A stretch of DNA of 64,000 bases, taken from NCBI GenBank assembly GCA_020053275.1, contig JAGVNL010000026.1, forward strand, positions 6,416 to 70,415. Reading direction: 5' to 3'. The stretch is from a bacterium (GTDB lineage: Bacteria > Patescibacteriota > Patescibacteriia > UBA9934). Shown in pieces: positions 9,477 through 19,197 of this stretch. Within the stretch, counting starts at the first letter, position 1. Every line of letters begins with the position of its first letter. The notes below the pieces were generated by a model. That model was not told the origin of the DNA, searched no databases, and worked only from the letters and a program-made list of their open reading frames with translations. The translations under genes and the position numbers were made by a program.

Positions 9477-11312
9477 GTGTACCTCCGAGTTTTTCCTATC
9501 CTTCGACTGCCCAGGAGGTTCGGCGTCTTTGACTACGAAATACCAGACGGACTAAATGTCTCAGCTGGAGACTTAGTGCATGTCCCTTTTCATAATCGAA
9601 TAATCCTAGCGGTTGCCGTTGCCACAACAGAACAAACCGAAGTCAGAAGTAAACTCGCTCAAGTTATAGATGTCGCTTACCATGCCGCCCTCACAGAATC
9701 AGACATCAGTCGCCTAGTGAGTCTGGCCGAATCAATTGCGCAGTCGCCCCCCACTATTTTTTTATCAACCTTCGGCAAACTCACCAACGAACAATCCGCC
9801 CCTCATCTAGTGTCGTCAAATAACTCCTCACTCTCTCTATCAAAAGACCAAGTTGAACAACTGCAGCACATTTTAAAATTAATTCGGCAGGACCCGACGA
9901 AAACTCTTACGCCCCAAAACCTCAGCGTTCAACATATCTGTTGCCAACTTGGCACCGAAGCTTCTTTTACTCTCGCCAAACTCCTCCGCCAAAAAACTAA
10001 AGAACAGATGCTCATCGTTATGCCGCGCGAACGCGATGTGGATCTTCTCGCAAAACTCATCAACCTCGGCCCGAGCACTGCCGTACTCCACGGCCACACA
10101 AAACCATACGAACGCGAAAAAATTATCCGCGCTTGGCGTTCAGGCCGCTTGTCAACATTAATCGGTACACTGCAAGCCACCCTTATCCCAGCCCAAAAAA
10201 TTGATACCGTTCTCCTCATGAACTCTGGCACAGACGATCACTTTTCTAACCGCCGCAATCCTCGCCTCGACAATCGCCTCACGGCCGCTGCACAAGCCTT
10301 ACAACATAATGCGCTCTTCATCACCACAGACTTTTTACCGCGCCCCGAAGAACTCGCTAACTCCTCATCTACTATCTACTCTCTACCTTCTACCAATCAA
10401 ATAATCATTGATCTTAAAAAACCAGACGAACAAACAGACACGCAATTACTGTCAGAAACACTCATTTCTGAGATAAATAAGGCTTTACAAAGCCGAAAAA
10501 AGGTGCTACTTTTCTACAACCGTAAGGGAGTAGCCAAACGCGTTGTCTGCTCAAGTTGCTGCGCCATGGTCATTTGCGGAGCCTGTGGCAATGTCCCGTC
10601 AATCAAGCCACCGAATGCGCATTGTCTGCGTTGCGGCAGCATCTGGCCAATCCCAGATAAATGCGGCGCCTGCACAACTGGTCGACTCAATCTCAAAGGA
10701 ATCGGTAATGCTCACCTCGAAAAAGCGTTAACAGCACTCTTCCCCGCTTTTACCGTCGGTCGCGTCGAGAAAAATCATACCGCAGGAACAGGCGCCCAAA
10801 TCCAACTTGTTACTGAGTATTTCTTTTCGAGCATCGTCAAACCATTCTCCAAAAAAGAGTATGGGTTAGTAGCGGACCTAGCAGCCGACCTGTCTCTCAA
10901 CCCAGAAAACTTTAGAGCAGAAGAAGAAACCGCCAGAAAGCTTCATCGAATATCAAACTTCGGTAAACAACAAAATGCGACTGTACTAATCCAAACATGG
11001 TTGCCGAATCTAATCGACGAAATGCGCAACGCCGAAGCATGGCTTAATAACGAAACTGCCACCCGGCAAAACTACAAACTACCACCCTTCGCCGCCCAGG
11101 TTACAGTTCGCCACGCCGACGCCGCTGCCCTCACTGCCATCACCAACCAAACATTCACCAACATTCCAGAAAAGCTTGAAGCAACCGGCCGGATTCCTTA
11201 CCATAAACTAAACGAGGTTATCACTGCAATTGCCTCACTACCTGACACCGCAGTTGTCTCTATTGATCAAACCTATGCCAGCTCTCACAGTACTCACGAA
11301 TCCAAATCCTGA
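9477..11312 (+). CDS. priA: PriA-like primosomal protein N' homolog with degenerate helicase ATPase motifs (zinc-binding module intact)
   Basis: GTG start with a GGAG Shine-Dalgarno 7 nt upstream. The N-terminal 3'-DNA-binding region aligns with PriA ('LPRRFGVFDYEIPDGLNVSAGDLVHVPFHNR'). The C4-C4 zinc module 'CSSCC...CGAC...CLRCG...CGAC' is present. Walker A reads 'GTEASFTL' instead of GSGKTEVY, Walker B DEEHD is replaced by 'NSGTDDH', and the motif VI arginine finger is absent. Confidence 0.7.
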   Translation: MYLRVFPILRLPRRFGVFDYEIPDGLNVSAGDLVHVPFHNRIILAVAVATTEQTEVRSKLAQVIDVAYHAALTESDISRLVSLAESIAQSPPTIFLSTFGKLTNEQSAPHLVSSNNSSLSLSKDQVEQLQHILKLIRQDPTKTLTPQNLSVQHICCQLGTEASFTLAKLLRQKTKEQMLIVMPRERDVDLLAKLINLGPSTAVLHGHTKPYEREKIIRAWRSGRLSTLIGTLQATLIPAQKIDTVLLMNSGTDDHFSNRRNPRLDNRLTAAAQALQHNALFITTDFLPRPEELANSSSTIYSLPSTNQIIIDLKKPDEQTDTQLLSETLISEINKALQSRKKVLLFYNRKGVAKRVVCSSCCAMVICGACGNVPSIKPPNAHCLRCGSIWPIPDKCGACTTGRLNLKGIGNAHLEKALTALFPAFTVGRVEKNHTAGTGAQIQLVTEYFFSSIVKPFSKKEYGLVADLAADLSLNPENFRAEEETARKLHRISNFGKQQNATVLIQTWLPNLIDEMRNAEAWLNNETATRQNYKLPPFAAQVTVRHADAAALTAITNQTFTNIPEKLEATGRIPYHKLNEVITAIASLPDTAVVSIDQTYASSHSTHESKS

Positions 11313-11754
11313 ATTACGGGTTCTCTCCGTCGCTTTAAGTAGCGAGGAAATCTTATTACCGCACACCCAGAAGATAATCGACGACTTGATAGAAACAATG
11401 CGCGTGGAAGATGGCGTTGGTATCGCCGCCCCACAAGTCGGCTCACACCTCCGTATCATAATCGCAGAAACCCCTCACGGTAACGAAGCATTCATCAATC
11501 CAGTCATCACCTCCAGGTCGGTCAGGCTCATCAACTCAATCGAAGGCTGTCTCTCCGTGCCCGGCATGTCAGGCACAGTAAAACGCAACTCAAGCGTCAA
11601 AGTAACAGCCCAGGACCGCACCGGCAAAACCGTCGACCTCAAAGCCAACGGCCTACTCTCGATAATCTTTCAGCACGAAATTGACCACCTAGACGGCATC
11701 CTCTTTATTGACCGCGCTGAAAAAGTAGTCACCGATGTCAAATCTCGTCTTTAA
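11275..11754 (+). CDS. def: peptide deformylase
   Basis: PDF motifs 'GIAAPQVG', 'EGCLSVPG' and 'QHEIDHLDG'. Start placed at the first ATG (159 aa); the ORF-track start at 11230 is a TTG inside priA. Confidence 0.9.
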   Translation: MPALTVLTNPNPELRVLSVALSSEEILLPHTQKIIDDLIETMRVEDGVGIAAPQVGSHLRIIIAETPHGNEAFINPVITSRSVRLINSIEGCLSVPGMSGTVKRNSSVKVTAQDRTGKTVDLKANGLLSIIFQHEIDHLDGILFIDRAEKVVTDVKSRL

Positions 11755-11762
11755 CTCAATCC

Positions 11763-11807
11763 TAGTCTACCCCAGAGGTAGACGCAGTCTTCCTCCGGGG
11801 TAGACTA
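11763..11807. repeat. nested perfect 11-bp inverted repeat (tagtctacccc / ggggtagacta) filling the def-fmt spacer
   Basis: The 11-bp perfect inverted repeat encloses a second imperfect 9-bp stem (gaggtagac / gtcttcctc). Predicted as a stable ~45-nt hairpin between co-oriented genes. Confidence 0.6.
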
Positions 11808-11811
11808 TACT

Positions 11812-12723
11812 ATGAAAATAATATTTTTCGGCACCCCACAATTTTCCGCTAACTTCCTTCAAGGACTCTTAAACGAGCCTTCTTTCGATGTCACTGGCGT
11901 CGTCTGCCAACCAGACGAACCAATCGGTCGTAAGAAGATTTTGACGGCGCCGCCTACCAAACAATTAGCCGAGTCTCACAGCATCCCAGTCTTTCAGCCA
12001 ACTAAACTCAAGGACGAAACATTCATCGAATCTCTCCGCCAGCTAAACGCCGACGCCTTCGTGGTCGTCGCTTATGGTCGCATCATCCCACAAATTATTT
12101 TAGATATTCCAAAACTCGGCGTAATCAATCTGCACCCGTCATTACTTCCAAAGTACCGTGGCCCGTCCCCCATGCAGTCCGCCATCGCAGCTGGGGAAAC
12201 GAAAACCGGCATATCCATCATGCTGCTCGACGCCCTCATGGATCACGGCCCAATCCTCGCCCAAACAAAACTCGCCATCACCCCAACTACCACCAGCAAA
12301 TCGCTTATGACCGAAGTTGTTGCTACTGGCGTGCCATTACTAATCGAAACTTTGCAGAAGCTTGAGCATAGCGAAATCACACCAACCGAACAAGACCACT
12401 CTGTAGCCACTACCTGTTCAATGTTGTCACGAGCTGATGGCATAATAAATTGGAACCAACCAGCAGCCCTCATCGACGCCAAAATCCGCGGCCTCAACCT
12501 CTGGCCAGGCACCAGCACCACCAACCTCAAAATATTCTCAGCTATCAACACCGACCGGTCCCTGCCACCAGGCCAAGTCCTCATCGCCGCTGACCACTTG
12601 TTCATCGGCACCGGCACCACCGCTCTAGAAATTACCGAACTCCAACCAACCGCTGGCAAACGCATGCCCGCCAAAGCCTTCATTGCCGGCCATCACGAAC
12701 TTAACGGTACGAGTCTCCTGTAA
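11812..12723 (+). CDS. fmt: methionyl-tRNA formyltransferase
   Basis: N-terminal 'KIIFFGTP' and 'HPSLLPKYRG' formyltransferase motifs. Canonical def-fmt arrangement. Confidence 0.92.
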   Translation: MKIIFFGTPQFSANFLQGLLNEPSFDVTGVVCQPDEPIGRKKILTAPPTKQLAESHSIPVFQPTKLKDETFIESLRQLNADAFVVVAYGRIIPQIILDIPKLGVINLHPSLLPKYRGPSPMQSAIAAGETKTGISIMLLDALMDHGPILAQTKLAITPTTTSKSLMTEVVATGVPLLIETLQKLEHSEITPTEQDHSVATTCSMLSRADGIINWNQPAALIDAKIRGLNLWPGTSTTNLKIFSAINTDRSLPPGQVLIAADHLFIGTGTTALEITELQPTAGKRMPAKAFIAGHHELNGTSLL

Positions 12724-12758
12724 ATTGTTTATTGAGCCTGAGCCTTATAAGAGCGAGT

Positions 12759-12918
12759 GACTGCACTAATCCTCACGACAACGCCAAGACCGCCTCGTGT
12801 GAATCTCTCTCGAGTTCGACGAGAGCCTTAGGAGATTCGCCGGTCGCCATTCCAAAATATAGTCAGCTATAAAATGTGGCGGGCGTGTCTGCAGCTAGAA
12901 GTAAGGATTAGTGCAGTC
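12759..12918. repeat. 15-bp perfect inverted repeats (gactgcactaatcct / aggattagtgcagtc) flanking a ~130-bp structured spacer; MITE-like element or structured RNA
   Basis: The inverted repeats are at 12759-12773 and 12904-12918. Internal stems include gaatctc/gagattc (7 bp), tctcg/cgaga and cacga/tcgtg. The element sits in the 222-bp gap between fmt and the truncated UvrA-like gene. Confidence 0.45.
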
Positions 12919-12945
12919 GCGAGCGACCTCAAGTTTTGGTTATTG

Positions 12946-14232
12946 TTAAAGTTCAATCACCGCATCGCAATTGTTTATAAGTTCATCACGATTGTCTGCA
13001 ATGAGAATCGTGTTATTTTTATCAATAATTTTTTGGAAAACTTTTATTATTACTGGAAGATCACTCAAGTGCAAACCACGAGAAGGTGTGTCGAGAATAT
13101 AAATACACCTATCGCCAAGCTTCTTAGACAATATCTTCGCCAACTTCACCCGCTGTGCCTCACCACCGCTCAATGTTCCAGAGCGTTGGCCGAGCGGTAA
13201 ATAACCAAGACCGACTTCCTGCAAAAAGCCCAGCTTTCGTTGCACAAGAGGAAATGCAGAAAACAGAGCAACAGCGTCATCAATAGTCAGCTTCAATAAA
13301 TCATTGATTGAAATATCCTTATACTCAATCTTCGCCACTGCTGCCGAGTCAGCCTTGCCGTCTTTAGTATTAAAACTGAAATGTGCCTTCTTTAGCTTAG
13401 CCTTTTTGCTAGCTGGCAAATTAGCATAAACTGCACGAATCACATCCCATACGCCAAGATAGGTCGCTGGCGTGCTGGTGGGCGAACCGCTTAATGGCCG
13501 CTGATCCACAAAGTATGATCGACGGACATCAGACTTGCCCTCTATCCCTTTGAAGCCAGTTTTAAGTTTCCAAGCACCATTACCCTTAAACAACGCACCA
13601 TAAACCACACTCAATAATGTCGACTTACCAGAACCGGAAGGCCCAGTAACGCACACCAAATTATTCAACGAAATCGTCACCGAATAATTTTTCAACGAAT
13701 TTTTAGTAATACCATTAATCGTCAACTCTCGTTTCCTCATGCGCAGAGCCTTCTCACTTGGCTTTCTAGCATAGTCGATAGTTTCGGCAAGACTAGAAAA
13801 AGCATAACGAGCGGTTGGCGTCTTAGCTTTCTTAAACTCGGCAATGCCACCAGCAAAAACCACCTCGCCACCTTTCGATCCAGACTCAGGGCCAAACTCA
13901 ATAACATATTCAGCGCCAGCAATAATATCTTTGTTATGCTCAACAACAATTACAGAAATATCTCGTGCTACCAATTCTCGTAGCAGCTTTAGCACCTCCT
14001 GTCGTTCCTTGTGAGCCAAACCTGCGCATGGTTCGTCAACAATCAACAAATCGTCCTTTTTCATTGTTCGTGCCGCCTCTCGTAGTAAATACCAATTAGT
14101 CTCACCCAAACTTTTACCAGGCAAAGCAACCACCTTCTGCGCCACCACATGAGTCTTCGGCAAACCGGTCACAACTGCCTCCACCTTCTTATCCGAGGTT
14201 GTTAGCCTTGGCGTTCTTAATAGAAATTTCAT
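12946..14232 (-). pseudogene. UvrA-like ABC ATPase fragment (degenerate or truncated excinuclease subunit A paralog)
   Basis: The 428-aa ORF aligns to UvrA from the end of NBD-I ('LLIVDEPCAGLAHKERQ...VIVVEHNKDII...FGPESGSKGGEVVF') through the NBD-II Walker A ('GPSGSGKST') and signature ('LSGGEAQRVKLAKIL'). The NBD-I Walker A, UvrB-binding and zinc-finger regions are missing, the third zinc finger is deleted, and the NBD-II H-loop His is replaced by Asp ('IADNRDEL'). The ORF ends about 70 aa before the usual UvrA C-terminus. Confidence 0.6.
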
Positions 14233-14267
14233 TTGCCATACAACTTAATTGTCCGTCAAATAAGCAA

Positions 14268-16025
14268 TTATGGCAAGAATCCGCCAGCCTGGATGCTCCA
14301 AAGCTTATTATAAGTCCCTTCGCGTTCAATAAGCTCTTGGTGCGTACCAGTGTCAACTACTCTGCCCTTTTCTATAACGACGATCCTATTCATCTGCATA
14401 ATTGTAGAAAGACGGTGCGCGATAACAATAACAGTTTTGCTCTTCATTAGTTCTCGTAACGCATCCTGAATAAGCGACTCACTTTCACTATCAAGGCTGC
14501 TGGTAGCCTCGTCAAGAACAAGAATTGGCGCGTTCTTAAGAATTGCTCTAGCAATAGCAACCCGTTGTCGCTCACCACCAGAAAGCTTAATGCCCCGTTC
14601 ACCAACCTTGGTATCGTAGCCATGTGGCAATTCAGAAATAAACTCATGACAATGCGCTTTCTTACTGGCTGCAATCACTTCCTTATCACTAGCATCCCGC
14701 CGGCCATAACGAATATTCTCCATCACCGTCCGGTGAAATAGCAACGAATCCTGCGGCACGAGCGAAACAAGTGTTCGCAAACTATCCTGCGTCACTTTAC
14801 TAATATCCTGCCCATCAATAGTTATCAAGCCTCTTGAAACATCAAAAAATCTCATCAGTAGCTTAATTATCGTACTCTTTCCCGCCCCACTTGGCCCAAC
14901 AAAGGCCACCTTTTCTCGTGGCTTTATCTCGAGCGTCATGTCACTCAAAATTTCTCGCCCATCGCTATAACTAAACGACACCTTATGAAAGTTTATTTCA
15001 CCTTTTTTAACCATTAGCTTCTTAGCGCCCCTCTTATCAACTAACTCATACGGCATCTCAAGAATATCTACCATCTCTCTGGCCTCTGCAAAACCGTCAT
15101 ACAAATCGCGAATAACTCGACCAAAATCGAACAACCGAATAAACAAACCAATGAGCGCCGTCTGGATAAGAGCAAAATCACCAAGCGTTATGACACCAGC
15201 AACATACATATTGATAGCTACAAACATCGACACCGCGTTCAACAGCAACATAAAACCACCTTGCACAGCGTCGTTGATCACACCAAGATTCCAAGTAAAA
15301 ACCGCCATCCTGTGCCATCGACCGTTGACTTCCGCAAATCTCGCTTCCTCAAATTTCTTACCAACAAACTGCTGAATGGTCACAGCGTTACCCACCGCAT
15401 CAGCCAAAACTCCACTTGATTCCGTATCTAGCTCAGCCCGTTTTATATCCCATTTCAACTTCCACCTAGCAACCATGATATTAATAACAACAAACAGCAC
15501 TGCCCAAATGCTAAGTATAAACGCAAACAACGGACTACGAAGATAAAAAATAACAATCGTACCAACAATCGCCACTACAATCTGTATCAACTTCCAGGTC
15601 AGCAAGTCCATCAGCCGCTCAAAAGATCTGCCAAAACGGTGCACCTTTTTAACCAGTGAACCTGCAAAATTATCAGTGAAAAACCGGTACGAATGATTCA
15701 ATAAGTGCGCAAAAGCGGTCTGCTCAAGGTCGACGATAATCCGTGGCTGCAAATAGTTATTAAGAAAATCGGCAATACGGCGCACCACCCACATACCAAC
15801 ATCAAGCCCTACCATCAAGAACAGTACACCAAACAAAGTTGCTGCCAAAGCAGTCCCCGATTGGCCTGTCGCGAATGAGTCAAAAAACTTTTTACTTAAC
15901 AGCGCAGGTACCAAATTAGCTAAATCTAGCACCAGTAAAGCAACAATAAAAATCGAAAATCTAATCGGGTAGCGCCTAACATGAGCCCAATATATTTTGA
16001 TTGTTGGCCTAACAGATAATGACAT
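14268..16025 (-). CDS. ABC transporter, fused permease/ATPase (MsbA/exporter type)
   Basis: 585 aa. Six N-terminal TM helices, Walker A 'GPSGAGKST', signature 'LSGGERQRVAIARA', Walker B 'ILVLDEATS'. Confidence 0.9.
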   Translation of the reverse strand: MSLSVRPTIKIYWAHVRRYPIRFSIFIVALLVLDLANLVPALLSKKFFDSFATGQSGTALAATLFGVLFLMVGLDVGMWVVRRIADFLNNYLQPRIIVDLEQTAFAHLLNHSYRFFTDNFAGSLVKKVHRFGRSFERLMDLLTWKLIQIVVAIVGTIVIFYLRSPLFAFILSIWAVLFVVINIMVARWKLKWDIKRAELDTESSGVLADAVGNAVTIQQFVGKKFEEARFAEVNGRWHRMAVFTWNLGVINDAVQGGFMLLLNAVSMFVAINMYVAGVITLGDFALIQTALIGLFIRLFDFGRVIRDLYDGFAEAREMVDILEMPYELVDKRGAKKLMVKKGEINFHKVSFSYSDGREILSDMTLEIKPREKVAFVGPSGAGKSTIIKLLMRFFDVSRGLITIDGQDISKVTQDSLRTLVSLVPQDSLLFHRTVMENIRYGRRDASDKEVIAASKKAHCHEFISELPHGYDTKVGERGIKLSGGERQRVAIARAILKNAPILVLDEATSSLDSESESLIQDALRELMKSKTVIVIAHRLSTIMQMNRIVVIEKGRVVDTGTHQELIEREGTYNKLWSIQAGGFLP

Positions 16026-16066
16026 GGCAGGATTATACCATAGTGAATACCCCAGGTGTATTCACA

Positions 16067-17578
16067 CTACAAACTCCGCAACACCCGATAAATCTCCACC
16101 ATCGCCCAGGTGTCCAGTGCGCAATAGTCGAGCAAGTCGCGTGCAATCTTCTCTTTTTCAGTCGCCGAAGTTTTTGCCGAAATCAACTTCTCCCACCTCT
16201 CACTCGCCTGATCACCTTTACTAATATTCATCACCGAGTAATTAAGGGCTGGCACAAGCACCGGCAACACCTTTTTGATACTTGCACTCCCCTTAAAAGC
16301 CGGGTCAACATAGTGGCCATCGGAAAAAATTGTCATCAAATCAAACATCTTGTCATTAATCTCCTTCAAGAAACTCGCGTACTCCGGGTGTAATTCGGCT
16401 AGTTTATCGTTCCGCTGTTTCTCATAACTACTGTACCAACTAATCACCGTTCCCGCAGGATCAATGTCCACCTTCATTCGCTCAATAAGTGGTAAGGTCA
16501 AATCCCCAGTCGGCTCGGTGATGATGAATTCACGATGTTCAATCTCCCCACCAGCTTGCATGATATGAAGTGAATACTGAAACGGTACCTGCTCGTACGC
16601 CCCAAAACCATCGAACATTGGAATCGCACTGCCATAACCCTCATAGTCAAAAAACTGGAGCGGAAATACCAAACCATCCAGCGCTTTCCTAACTGCAGCG
16701 TAATCGATTATTGCCTTGTCCAACAGGCAAGCTGTGTACTGCAATTTCTGCGCTTTATTCAAATCTTCTGGATTATGAATCTCAGTCAACGCCAATTCCC
16801 CCCTATCCACCCAATCCTCAAGCTTCTTCTTACTCATGCCAATCCGATTGAAGTTATGAACAGAATAAGCCGGCACCTCTGGATTAGAATAAGCAAATGT
16901 TGAGCAATGGTTGCTCCTCCCCTCATACAAACACGCACAACCAGCCTGCTCTGGCTGCTCCAAGCATTCCTTCATCTGCTCCATCTCTCCCCTTACCTGT
17001 TCTTCCGCGGCCATCACCTCCGCCGTCAAATCCTCCTCCATGAATAATGCGTGATTATTCACCTCACCATTCTTTCTGTATTCGCGATTAAGGTGAATGA
17101 CGCCAGCCTTAACTATTTTCACCCCGCAAGCCTCAATCACGATCTTCTGAAAAGCTAAATCGTTGACATGGTGATGCGGCGCTCTTCGTTTCACCTCATT
17201 CGTCGCCTTCACCTCAAACAACTCCCATCCACCAAGCCCTGAAGTGACGATTCCATCGTCTACTACCGGGCCAACACACTTCAAAATATCTGCCCGCAAA
17301 TAAAACACATCATTCTGGAATGTTGCCTGAAAAACCGTCTGCCTATCCGCCATCACCTCCTTAGTATCAATTATCGCCTGCCCATGATGGCTCTCAATCA
17401 ACACTCCCTCCGGATAAAGCAACCTACACGCCGCCTCCGCCAAGTTACCGTCCTCAATAATCTTCTTCTCAAAATCACTAAACTCCATACCCTCAAACAA
17501 CTCTGGCTTATGCTTCCGCAACCACAAATTCTTTTTGCAAAATGTGTACTCTAGGTAATCAGTTTTAGTGATTAACAT
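16067..17578 (-). CDS. PD-(D/E)XK-superfamily nuclease-like protein (DUF2779-like)
   Basis: N-terminal 'ITKTDYLEYTFCKKNLWL' matches the characteristic start of DUF2779/Cas4-like proteins. A D...ExK signature lies around 'RADIL...ELFEVKATNEVK'. Confidence 0.45.
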   Translation of the reverse strand: MLITKTDYLEYTFCKKNLWLRKHKPELFEGMEFSDFEKKIIEDGNLAEAACRLLYPEGVLIESHHGQAIIDTKEVMADRQTVFQATFQNDVFYLRADILKCVGPVVDDGIVTSGLGGWELFEVKATNEVKRRAPHHHVNDLAFQKIVIEACGVKIVKAGVIHLNREYRKNGEVNNHALFMEEDLTAEVMAAEEQVRGEMEQMKECLEQPEQAGCACLYEGRSNHCSTFAYSNPEVPAYSVHNFNRIGMSKKKLEDWVDRGELALTEIHNPEDLNKAQKLQYTACLLDKAIIDYAAVRKALDGLVFPLQFFDYEGYGSAIPMFDGFGAYEQVPFQYSLHIMQAGGEIEHREFIITEPTGDLTLPLIERMKVDIDPAGTVISWYSSYEKQRNDKLAELHPEYASFLKEINDKMFDLMTIFSDGHYVDPAFKGSASIKKVLPVLVPALNYSVMNISKGDQASERWEKLISAKTSATEKEKIARDLLDYCALDTWAMVEIYRVLRSL

Positions 17579-17591
17579 ACATTTATAATAA

Positions 17592-19187
17592 TTATATCTT
17601 CTGTCCCCTCGTAGTCACCGTCTGCGCCAGCTTCGGCAATCGTAAAGGTACCTTCTCACCTTCTTGTTTAATCATCGACGCTGTGAGGCCCTCCCAATCA
17701 AAGAACGGCAACACAAAAATCATATAGCCTAAGCCGATCGGGTGATTGAGGTACGGCGAGAAAATGTGAGTCACGAAGAGCGCCACCAAGCCAGCGTAAA
17801 GACCAATGACTAGCCATCTATTACCGTGAGTTTGGTAGGTGTAGTAGAACGCACGACTAACAACAACCATATACCAAACAAAAGCAATCAGGCCGAGCAA
17901 GCCCATCTTGAGCCAAATGTCCTGATAACCCCACTCAAAACGATAGGTTGTATATTCACCAGTTTGGTTCAAGGCGCGAATACGAGGGTCGTCCGTGATG
18001 AAAGTAACATCATGGCCAAAACCACGGCCGAGCATCGGGCTGGCCACGATTTCCTGATACATCGGGTAAAGCAAGTTCCAGCGGCTACTAACGGCTAGAT
18101 TCCTATCGTCAGCTTGCGTCGACTTATAAAAAGCGGCCTCTTTTAGATTAGGATGTTTAGGAATCGGCGACACTATTACCGCCCAGAACAATACCGCTCC
18201 GATAACTATTAACACACCAACTCTAACACTATTGAGGAGGTGTTTACTGACAGTTTTTTTTGCCTCAAGCCACACAAACAACATTGTGATAATTGCCCCA
18301 ACAAAAGCACCAATCATAAAGCTTCGTGAGAGGCTGGCAATAAATGTTGCAACACATAAAACAAATGTGGCCCGAGCAGCAAGCGGCATCTTCTCACTTT
18401 TCCATACCGTAAACTTTGCAGCCACCAGCGCAAAAATCATTACTAGTGGAAAGAAATGAGCTGGCTCAAAAACCCTAAAATACCACGAACTAGCATTTGA
18501 TAAGAAGTTATTTACAAACCAGCTCGGCCCAGTCAACAGCGTTACCTCGGCAATCCGAGCGTCGCGCACAAACTCATAAACGCCGCGCAAAACTCCGCCA
18601 GGCAGATGGGTGAATAGGAAGACAACAAGCAAAGTGTTAACGCAAATAAAGATGGTGCTGGCAAAAAATACCTGGAGCAATTCGCGTTTTTTATTGCTAT
18701 CCCAAGCAATAGACAACATCGGTAAGAGGTAGGCAATCGTAATGTAGCTATTAGCGTCGTCAAAAACCTGTCCGGCATTGTTCTGCAGGAAGCCAATGAC
18801 AGTACCGACCACCACAGCAACGAGCAGCAACACCCACGGCGTGTCGCGTAGTACCATGAACTTCGGCCAGTTGTTTGTCCGTATCGACGAGATGAGCCAA
18901 GCCAACATCACGGCCACAAAAATTACCATCCTGATCGACAAACTGAATCCGCCAACGGAAGCATCTATTAAGTGCCCGTGCCCTCCCACCATAATCTCGG
19001 CAAAAGCAATCAGCAAGCCGTTTATCGGCGAGCGAGACGACATGACAGCCGTCATCACAAATATCAAACCGAGCACGATCAACGACGGAATTTGCTGGTG
19101 TTGGATAGGAATCGCTACCAGCGCCGTCAGCGTCAAAGCCACAATGGTGATTAACGAAGTCCTACCTATGAATTGTTTAGTAAACAT
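17592..19187 (-). CDS. polytopic membrane protein, O-antigen ligase/Wzy-polymerase-like
   Basis: 531 aa with 10 or more predicted TM helices and a long loop. First gene of a glycosyltransferase/flippase cluster. Family assignment is tentative. Confidence 0.35.
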   Translation of the reverse strand: MFTKQFIGRTSLITIVALTLTALVAIPIQHQQIPSLIVLGLIFVMTAVMSSRSPINGLLIAFAEIMVGGHGHLIDASVGGFSLSIRMVIFVAVMLAWLISSIRTNNWPKFMVLRDTPWVLLLVAVVVGTVIGFLQNNAGQVFDDANSYITIAYLLPMLSIAWDSNKKRELLQVFFASTIFICVNTLLVVFLFTHLPGGVLRGVYEFVRDARIAEVTLLTGPSWFVNNFLSNASSWYFRVFEPAHFFPLVMIFALVAAKFTVWKSEKMPLAARATFVLCVATFIASLSRSFMIGAFVGAIITMLFVWLEAKKTVSKHLLNSVRVGVLIVIGAVLFWAVIVSPIPKHPNLKEAAFYKSTQADDRNLAVSSRWNLLYPMYQEIVASPMLGRGFGHDVTFITDDPRIRALNQTGEYTTYRFEWGYQDIWLKMGLLGLIAFVWYMVVVSRAFYYTYQTHGNRWLVIGLYAGLVALFVTHIFSPYLNHPIGLGYMIFVLPFFDWEGLTASMIKQEGEKVPLRLPKLAQTVTTRGQKI

Positions 19188-19197
19188 ATTGTTAAAG

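Noticed and set aside
12724-12945. Possible SRP (4.5S), 6S or tmRNA gene in the long fmt to UvrA-like spacer
   Set aside because: The ends pair, as in SRP or 6S RNA, but I could not find the conserved SRP domain-IV motifs (GGAA/AGCAG loops) or 6S central-bubble features on either strand. It is kept only as an unclassified inverted-repeat element.
12874-13200. 108-aa plus-strand ORF spanning the inverted-repeat element and the UvrA-like 3' end
   Set aside because: It runs antisense to the UvrA-like ORF and starts inside a palindromic element. There is no ribosome-binding site, and the translation has no motif.
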